From assembly GCF_000007225.1 (NCBI RefSeq), contig NC_003364.1:1440001-1472000 (forward strand): 32,000 nucleotides of DNA, read 5' to 3'. The notes beneath the pieces were generated by a model. The model did not search any database and was not told where the DNA came from. It saw nothing but the letters and a program-made list of their open reading frames with translations. Of the stretch, positions 25,624 through 32,000 are shown piece after piece. Within the stretch, counting starts at the first letter, position 1; each line of letters begins with the position of its first letter. The position numbers and the translations under genes are program-made. The stretch is from Pyrobaculum aerophilum str. IM2. Lineage in GTDB: Archaea; Thermoproteota; Thermoprotei; Thermoproteales; Thermoproteaceae.

Positions 25624-26856
25624 TTACCCGAGGAATTTCTCGTAGGCGTCTGAGTCCAACAGCCCGTGGCCTGAGAGGTTAAAGGCAATAACAGATCCCC
25701 TCGGCAATTTCTTTGCGAGGTCAACCGCGGCTTTAATGGCGTGGGCGGACTCTGGAGCTGGCACAATGCCCTCAGTTCTCGCGAAGAGAAGCGCCGCCCT
25801 CATAACTTCCTCTTGCGGATACGCCACGGCTTCTACAATTCCCAATTTCCTCAGGAGCGAGAGGCTGGGCGCCGCGCCGTGGTAACGCAAGCCTGCGGCG
25901 TGTATGGCGGGCGGGACGTAGTCGTGTCCCAGGGTGTACATTTTCAACATGGGGAGGACTCCCACGGCGTCTGGGAAGTCGTATTTGTACTCGCCCCGGG
26001 TCAACTTTGGAGCCGCCTCAGACTCCACGGCCACAAACCGCGTCCTCCCAAACCCCTCCCCCCTTAGCTTCATCCCAATCATGGGGTAGGTGAAGCCGGC
26101 GAAGTTAGACCCGCCTCCTACGCAAGCCACAGCGACGTCGGGCTCCTCCGGCAGTTGCCGCACGGCCTCAAGCCCTATAACAGTCTGGTGGAGGAGCACG
26201 AACTCCATGACGCTACCGGGGAGGTACTTCCTCCTCTCCCCAGAGAGGACGTACTCAACGGCTTCAGAAATGGCAATCCCCAGAGACCCCGGGTGGTCAG
26301 GCCTGTAGTGGCGCCTGCCGGCCTCAGTCACGTCGCTTGGGCTTGGGTAAACCACGGCGCCATAAGCCCTCATAAAAGTGAGCCTCTGCCTCTTGGAGTT
26401 ATACGAAGAGCGCGTCATAAACACCACAGCCCTTAAGCCGAAGAGGGCCGCCGCCAGGGAAACCGCCATTCCCCACTGCCCAGCCCCCGTCTCAGTAGCC
26501 ACCTCCACAGCGCCGTCAGCCTTTGCGTAATACGCCTGGGCAAGGGCTGTGTTCAACTTATGGCTACCGACGGGCAGGACGCCCTCATATTTGTAATAAA
26601 TCCTCACGCCGGTCCCCAGCGCCTTTTCAAGACCCTCGGCGCGAAAAAGAGGCGTGGGCCTTCCAACCCGCCTATACGCCTCCCTCACCTCCTCGGGTAT
26701 GGAGACCCACCTCTCCGCGGTAAACTCTTGGTCTATAAGCGCAGAGGGCAGAATTTTCGACAACAGCCCAATCCTGCTCTCCCCCTCGTCGGGATCCCTC
26801 GGAGGGGCCAGGACCGAGGGCAAATCGGCGGCGATGTTATACCACCTGTCTACCAC
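25624..26856 (-). CDS. trpB: Tryptophan synthase beta chain, TrpB2 (TrpEb_2) type
   Basis: The N-terminus RWYNIAADLP, the extended 410-aa length and the PLP-lysine context PVGSHKLNTA are TrpB2 hallmarks. GTG start. Confidence 0.9.
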   Translation of the reverse strand: MVDRWYNIAADLPSVLAPPRDPDEGESRIGLLSKILPSALIDQEFTAERWVSIPEEVREAYRRVGRPTPLFRAEGLEKALGTGVRIYYKYEGVLPVGSHKLNTALAQAYYAKADGAVEVATETGAGQWGMAVSLAAALFGLRAVVFMTRSSYNSKRQRLTFMRAYGAVVYPSPSDVTEAGRRHYRPDHPGSLGIAISEAVEYVLSGERRKYLPGSVMEFVLLHQTVIGLEAVRQLPEEPDVAVACVGGGSNFAGFTYPMIGMKLRGEGFGRTRFVAVESEAAPKLTRGEYKYDFPDAVGVLPMLKMYTLGHDYVPPAIHAAGLRYHGAAPSLSLLRKLGIVEAVAYPQEEVMRAALLFARTEGIVPAPESAHAIKAAVDLAKKLPRGSVIAFNLSGHGLLDSDAYEKFLG

Positions 26857-27114
26857 CCCGAAGACATAGCCGAGAGATATAACTCCCTTAAATATATTAA
26901 ACTAATGGACTTCGCCTATCGCAGAAACGGCGCGGAAGCTTAAAGATCCAATTTACCAGGGCGCAGAACTAAGAGACATTAAAAGAGATTCCCAAAGTAA
27001 CGATATATGGAAGTCCCATTTATTTGACCGGAATGGGAAAACAAAGGACGCACGAGGGCACTACTAGGGAAAGGAAACAAGAGCGGTGTACCAAAGAAGT
27101 GAAAAATATATAAC

Positions 27115-29160
27115 TTATAGATATCTTTTTTTCCTTTTCCAATACTTTACATCTTTGTATGAAAATCTCTCTCCTTTAAGTCCTAAATAAAATTCTTTTA
27201 TATCTGGATTGTTCAATAACTGTTCTGATGGTCCGTCAAGCACCACTCTCCCATTTTCTAAAATATAGCCATAATTGGAAATTCTCAAAGACATATAGAC
27301 ATTCTGCTCTGCGAGCAGAATTGTGATTTTCTCGTGCTCGTTCATGGATTTCAAAATTTGGAACAACTCTTCTGTTACTTTTGGCGAGAGGCCTAGTGAC
27401 GGCTCGTCAAGGAGCATTACTTTTGGTCTCATAATTAATGCCATGCCGATTACTAACATCTGTTGCTCGCCGCCAGAGAGATAACCAGCTCGAATATCAG
27501 TTCTCTCTTTTAACCTAGGGAAGTATTGAAAAACAATATCTACATCGGGCTTTGCCCCAAGTTTTCTTGCCTGTCGTTGGGCGAGTATTAAATGTTCTTT
27601 TACAGTTAGCTCTTCAAAAACTCTTCTCCCCTCAAGGACGTGTATAATCCCCAATCTGGCAATATCTTCCGGCTTCCTATTAGTCAGGTCCTCTCCGTTG
27701 TATAAAATCCTCCCCTTTGTAATCTCCCCTCTTTCAGTTTTCACAATGCCGCTTATAGCCTTAAGCGTAGTTGACTTCCCCGCCCCGTTAGGCCCCACGA
27801 GAGATACGATTTCTTTCAATGCCTCTGCTGTGGCCTCAGGCCTTTTGTAATAACCGGCCATCACGGCGGGGGTTCTCACTAGTATTTCCCCATCTTCTGC
27901 AATCTTTATCTCGGTATTTGCTATAGGCTTACCCACAGTGTCAAGCCTTACCTCATTATCTGGGTGAACTGTCGCTATGCCTGATACTTCCGTCATTCCC
28001 CATATACGCTTTAAATTAACTCCTAGAGCTCTATAGAACTTGAGATAGTCGGGGCCTAGGAATGAGCCGCCGACATATGCATATTTTATTCTCTTAAGAC
28101 CTGTCTTGTCAAGAATTGAGCGGTATATCAACATTCTTGATATATGCCATAATAGTGTTAACCAAAATGGTATCCTTTTTCCTGTTAACTCTGCCTCTAC
28201 TTTCCTATATCCTATATTTAGAGCAATTTCGAAAATCTTCTTGTCAAAATCCCAGGTATCTTCTAGATGTTCCATTATTTTACTGTAAATCATTTCATAA
28301 ACTCTGGCCGGCCCGAACATGAAATGCGGCGCTATTTCTCTAAAATCTCTCCAAAAAGTCTCTGGCTCCTCTACAAAATTTATCTTAAAGCCAACAAGCA
28401 TATGCATAGCCAGCGACATCATTTGTTCTCCTATCCAACCAAAGGGAAGATAAGACACATATTCGAAATTCTCTTGTATAGGATCTACCTCCCACAAGTT
28501 TTTAGCCATAGACATCATCGAAGAGTATGTAAGCATAACTCCCTTAGGCCTTCCCGTGGTCCCCGACGTGGAGAGGATGAGACAAACGTCATCTGGGTGT
28601 GTCTTTGCAATAAGTTCCTCTAGTAGTTTAGAATCGCTTTTTCTAACCTCTTCACCAAGTTTTTCCACCTCTTTCCAACTTAAAAGACCAGGCTCCTTTA
28701 TATCTTTGTACTGCCACATCATTCTCTCATCCCAGTAAATGATGTATTCCAATTTCGGTAGATCTTTTTTAACTACTAGTATTTTATCAACCTGTTCTTG
28801 ATCTTCAGCTACAACAACTTTAACATCTGTATAGTCGAGCCAGTAGGCTCTCTCTTCAGGCAAAGTATCTGGATATACCCCCACTGAAATACCTCCAAGA
28901 GCCATTGCAGACTGTTCTGCAATTAAAATCTCTGGCCTGTTGTATCCCACTACAGCTAAGTGATCCCCTCGTCTAAATCCAAGAGCCAACAGACCATAGG
29001 CAAACTTACTTACTCGCTCATAATACTCATGCCACGTAGTCGGTCTCCATATGCCCCAAGTTTTTTCTCTAAACGCTACGCCCCTTGGGTTGAGCAAAGC
29101 TCTCTCTTGTAGAAGTTTGGGAAACGTGTCGCCTTTTAGAAACTCCCAAGGCCGCCTCAT
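27115..29160 (-). CDS. Chimeric ORF: FAA1-type acyl-CoA synthetase N-terminal domain (aa 1-449, truncated before A7) fused in frame to a LivF-type ABC ATPase that lacks its first ~30 aa (aa 450-681); possible deletion-derived pseudogene
   Basis: The AMP-binding part has STSGTTGRPKG (A3), WGMTE (A5) and GEILVRTPAVMAGYYKRPEATAEALK. It then runs directly into EIVSLVGPNGAGKSTTL (Walker A), LSGGEQQ and VMLLDEPS. The TGD, hinge and A10 lysine motifs are all missing. The junction is at about nt 27813/27814. The start overlaps the livG stop (ATGA). Confidence 0.75.
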   Translation of the reverse strand: MRRPWEFLKGDTFPKLLQERALLNPRGVAFREKTWGIWRPTTWHEYYERVSKFAYGLLALGFRRGDHLAVVGYNRPEILIAEQSAMALGGISVGVYPDTLPEERAYWLDYTDVKVVVAEDQEQVDKILVVKKDLPKLEYIIYWDERMMWQYKDIKEPGLLSWKEVEKLGEEVRKSDSKLLEELIAKTHPDDVCLILSTSGTTGRPKGVMLTYSSMMSMAKNLWEVDPIQENFEYVSYLPFGWIGEQMMSLAMHMLVGFKINFVEEPETFWRDFREIAPHFMFGPARVYEMIYSKIMEHLEDTWDFDKKIFEIALNIGYRKVEAELTGKRIPFWLTLLWHISRMLIYRSILDKTGLKRIKYAYVGGSFLGPDYLKFYRALGVNLKRIWGMTEVSGIATVHPDNEVRLDTVGKPIANTEIKIAEDGEILVRTPAVMAGYYKRPEATAEALKEIVSLVGPNGAGKSTTLKAISGIVKTERGEITKGRILYNGEDLTNRKPEDIARLGIIHVLEGRRVFEELTVKEHLILAQRQARKLGAKPDVDIVFQYFPRLKERTDIRAGYLSGGEQQMLVIGMALIMRPKVMLLDEPSLGLSPKVTEELFQILKSMNEHEKITILLAEQNVYMSLRISNYGYILENGRVVLDGPSEQLLNNPDIKEFYLGLKGERFSYKDVKYWKRKKRYL

Positions 29161-29936
29161 ATTGTCGCCTTTCCCATATAGGCGCTTGCCACATATTCGC
29201 TTTTCAAAATCTCAGCAGGCGGGCCTTCTGCTATTTTTGATCCGAAGGAGAACACCGAAACAACGTCTGCTAAATCGTACACTAGTGATAGATCGTGTTC
29301 AACTAAAACTACTGTTATTCCCAGAACTTTATTTATTTCGATTATGTACCTTGCCATATCTTCTCGCTCCTCTCGTGTTAGTCCAGACATAGGCTCGTCT
29401 AGCAACAAAATCTTAGGCTTACCAGCCAATGCTCTGGCTACGTCTACTTTTTTCTGTAAGCCATAAGGTAGCGAGCCCACTATTCTATGCCTATATTCAT
29501 ACAATTCCATAAATTCAATTACTTCTTCGGCTATTTCACGTATTTCTTCTTCTTTTCTGAAATAGGGGCCATGCCATAAAGCCGACGTAAATATATCAAT
29601 TACACTATCTTTTATAGATGCCAAGGCCCCTGTCATTACTACTTCTAGTACTGTCATATGTTTAAAAACCTCAGAGGTTTTTTGAAAAGTTCTCCCTATT
29701 CCAATTTTTGCTCTGACGTGCGGCTTAATTCTTGTTATATCCCTACCTTGGTATAATACTTTTCCCTTTCTCGGCTTGATAAAGCCTGAGAAGACATTTA
29801 ATAATGTTGTTTTACCTGCGCCGTTCGGGCCTACAATTGCGTGGATTTTCCCAGGTAACACTTCTAAAGTCACATCTCTTAACGCCGTCACACCACCAAA
29901 TTTCACCTCAATATCGTAGCCCCCTAATAAAACCAT
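29157..29936 (-). CDS. livG: LivG-type branched-chain/hydrophobic amino-acid ABC transporter ATPase
   Basis: Walker A GPNGAGKTT, signature LPYGLQKKV, Walker B ILLLDEPMSG, and the LivG-specific insertion after the Q-loop. Confidence 0.85.
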   Translation of the reverse strand: MVLLGGYDIEVKFGGVTALRDVTLEVLPGKIHAIVGPNGAGKTTLLNVFSGFIKPRKGKVLYQGRDITRIKPHVRAKIGIGRTFQKTSEVFKHMTVLEVVMTGALASIKDSVIDIFTSALWHGPYFRKEEEIREIAEEVIEFMELYEYRHRIVGSLPYGLQKKVDVARALAGKPKILLLDEPMSGLTREEREDMARYIIEINKVLGITVVLVEHDLSLVYDLADVVSVFSFGSKIAEGPPAEILKSEYVASAYMGKATI

Positions 29937-30066
29937 GTACCGTTTACTTAAATTCCCTTTTATGTCTTTCTCTAATTATAAATAATGAAAAATAATGATT
30001 TTAATACTAACATCCACAATATAACGTAAAATTATACTTCTAAATTTAAATATTGAAAGTTAAAAA

Positions 30067-30080
30067 ATATATATATATAT
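30067..30080. repeat. (AT)7 microsatellite inside a 160-nt AT-rich spacer
   Basis: Read directly from the sequence. It lies 17 nt from the stop of the 30097..31365 gene. Confidence 0.9.
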
Positions 30081-30096
30081 TTTTTATTTTGTTTAA

Positions 30097-31365
30097 TTAT
30101 ATTCTTTCTATATATATTTTCTTCAGTCTTTTATAGAAAGCAACTTGCGAATTTATAAAATTCAAAAGATTTTCCTCAGAGACCTCCCCTTTTACTTTTA
30201 TATATGCCACGGGCACTTCGCCGTATTCTGGATGCAGCTCGCCCACGACCTTAGCCTCCAAGACTGCGGGATGTCTCTTGAGGATTTCTTCTAAGTCGCG
30301 CGGGAAAATGGGATAGCCTTTATACTTTATCATGCGCTTCTTCACCCCTTTGAAATATAAAAGGCCTTCTCTCTCCTCCAATATGTCGCCAGTCCTCAGC
30401 CACCCATCTATAAACGCCCTCTTAGTCTCCTCCGGATCTTTATAACCGCGCATAACCCAAGGGGCCTTCACCGCCAGTTCTCCATCCTCTAAGAGCCTAA
30501 TTTCCACAAGCGGCAGCGGGGCCCCCACGGAACCCTTGCCGTACGCGCTGGGAGGCTCAAAGGTGAGCACCAAGCCCTCCGTAAGGCCGTACACTTGCAA
30601 AATCCTCACGCCAGTAACTTCCTCAAACCTCGCCCTTAAGTCGGGGGCTAAGTAGGCTCCGCCTGATACGGCGAATTTAGCCCCCAACTTCCCCACTCCT
30701 ATTTTTAACACCTCGGCGTAAAAAGCCGGAGCCCCAACGATAACTGTTGCTTTGGAAAGCTCTTCGACGACATTAGGCGACAATTTCTTCATTAAACGCA
30801 CCATGCCTCCCGCCGCCAGGGCGGCCATAGACGTGACCAGCCCCAGCACGTGGGTAATGGGCGCCGTGACGTACACCACGTCGGCTTTCTCAAGCCCCAT
30901 GGCAAGAGCCAATGAATGGGCGTTGATCCAAAGAGACGAGGTTTTGTTTAAAACCTGCATGGTTCTTCCCGCGATCCCTGCGTAATACATTACAAACGTC
31001 GTGTCGTATGTCCAACCGCCACCATTTGGCGGGCTGTTTACAGAAAGCGTTTTATAATTTTTTAAAACCTCTGCGTTCTGTTGTAGAAATTCCTCATCTC
31101 CAACAATTAAATCCGGCGAAAAGTCCTCTATTATCATTTTCAAGTCTTCGGAGACGGTTAGGGGATCCACCAAGGCAACCTCCCCGCCGCCGTGTAATAG
31201 CCCCATAAGCGCGGCGTAAGACCACAGTGAATTCCTAGCGGCGAAAACAACTCTGCTGTTCAAAGCCCACTTAGTGGCCTTTTCGAACAACTCCCTATAG
31301 GTTAAACAGCTTTCCCCTTCACATATTGCTAATTTTCCGGAAAGCGTTACTGACCAAAACTTCAT
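30097..31365 (-). CDS. Short, divergent AMP-binding (acyl-CoA ligase-like) protein with a degenerate P-loop and no A10 motif
   Basis: VYGLTEG (A5), WLRTGD (A7) and KRMIKYKGYPIFPRDLEE (A8) are present. The A3 position reads YYAGIAGRTMQV instead of YTSGTTGxPKGV. The ORF stops at ...FYKRLKKIYIERI, before the PKTxSGK (A10) region. Confidence 0.7.
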   Translation of the reverse strand: MKFWSVTLSGKLAICEGESCLTYRELFEKATKWALNSRVVFAARNSLWSYAALMGLLHGGGEVALVDPLTVSEDLKMIIEDFSPDLIVGDEEFLQQNAEVLKNYKTLSVNSPPNGGGWTYDTTFVMYYAGIAGRTMQVLNKTSSLWINAHSLALAMGLEKADVVYVTAPITHVLGLVTSMAALAAGGMVRLMKKLSPNVVEELSKATVIVGAPAFYAEVLKIGVGKLGAKFAVSGGAYLAPDLRARFEEVTGVRILQVYGLTEGLVLTFEPPSAYGKGSVGAPLPLVEIRLLEDGELAVKAPWVMRGYKDPEETKRAFIDGWLRTGDILEEREGLLYFKGVKKRMIKYKGYPIFPRDLEEILKRHPAVLEAKVVGELHPEYGEVPVAYIKVKGEVSEENLLNFINSQVAFYKRLKKIYIERI

Positions 31366-31461
31366 AATAAAAGTATAGTGAGCATGAGTAATTAAAAAAC
31401 GTTATTCTAACTAGATAAGAAATTTAAAAGGGCAGTTTCGCGCGGGCTGAGAAGATATCCA

Positions 31462-32000
31462 CTAGCTATCCCGATCCCTCAGCCCCTTGACTCCCCCTAG
31501 GAGGATATCGATAGCTGGTAACACAGCACCGGCCTCGGATATGTCGCGCACCGGAGTAAGAGGAACGTCGTATTTCTCTGCCAGAGCGATTAAGTCGTCA
31601 CAACGCCGTTTTATCACTTCTTTTTTCACCTCATTAACTGCCGAGACGTCATACATACGGTTTATGAGATCCTCACGGCCAAGCATTTCGCAAAAACGCC
31701 TCCAGAATTTTTCCTCCACTGCGCCCAATGCAACGCGGCCTCCGGCGCACTCATAGGTGGTATAAAAGGGGTATTTGCCCGAGAGGGGGAGATCGCCTGT
31801 GTCTTTTAATAAGGCGAAATTCAGCAGATTTAACAAGTAGGCAACGCCCTCCATACTGACTTCCACATATCCCCGGCGTCCAGCGGCGACCGCCGCCGCT
31901 ATTATAAACGCGGCTAATAATCCCGTGGCTACGTCTACGCTCTGCGGAATAGGCGGCGCGTCGCGTATCAGTCCGGCCAGGCCTGCGAAATTAATGTCGT
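31462..32000 (-). CDS. Family III CoA-transferase (CaiB/BaiF / alpha-methylacyl-CoA racemase family); N-terminus beyond window edge
   Basis: The ORF-track start at 31866 is an internal GTG. The frame stays open to 32000 (DINFAGLAGLIRDAPPIPQSVDVATGLLAAFIIAAAVAAGRRGYVEVSMEG...), which matches the interlocked-dimer core pattern of this family. Confidence 0.7.
   Translation of the reverse strand, partial: DINFAGLAGLIRDAPPIPQSVDVATGLLAAFIIAAAVAAGRRGYVEVSMEGVAYLLNLLNFALLKDTGDLPLSGKYPFYTTYECAGGRVALGAVEEKFWRRFCEMLGREDLINRMYDVSAVNEVKKEVIKRRCDDLIALAEKYDVPLTPVRDISEAGAVLPAIDILLGGVKGLRDRDS

Noticed and set aside
1-32000. A search for CRISPR arrays, transposases/integrases, toxin-antitoxin pairs or other defence modules.
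   Set aside because: There are no regularly spaced direct repeats and no nuclease, integrase or transposase-like ORFs. The only tandem repeats are the short AT-rich ones at 4933-4970 and 30067-30080.

Overview
The window reads as a chromosomal segment of a hyperthermophilic crenarchaeon of the Thermoproteales type (Pyrobaculum/Thermoproteus-like). This is an inference from gene content, mostly 55-65% GC coding sequence, many GTG starts, and TATA-like boxes 18-21 nt upstream of start codons, which suggests leaderless mRNAs. About 36 protein genes are tightly packed on both strands. On the minus strand: a PLP trans-sulfuration enzyme (partial), PEP synthase, an rps24e-rps27ae-kae1 operon, a string rps30e-DUF401 permease-tdk, trmO, a trp operon (trpB2-D-E-G-A), and an acyl-CoA/CoA-transferase cluster at the right edge. 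On the plus strand: three radical SAM enzymes, a 2x[4Fe-4S] ferredoxin, a short CorA, an ornithine cyclodeaminase-family enzyme, and the xpb-bax1 repair pair. I saw no tRNA, rRNA, CRISPR array, transposase or integrase. Five things stand out. (1) A roughly 3-kb low-GC island (about 26.95-30.2 kb) carries livG plus an in-frame chimera of a truncated FAA1-type acyl-CoA synthetase and an N-terminally truncated LivF ATPase, with no permease or binding protein nearby. (2) A 168-nt, roughly 83% GC island at 18121-18288 may be a structured RNA. It lies inside a low-complexity ORF that is start/stop-coupled to tdk. (3) A 105-codon ORF at the end of the kae1 operon is split by a single in-frame TAG. 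(4) A 55-aa ribosomal protein S30e gene is missing from the ORF track. (5) An AMP-binding enzyme next to the island has a degenerate P-loop and no A10 lysine motif. All function calls come from motif recognition by eye, and no database search was possible.
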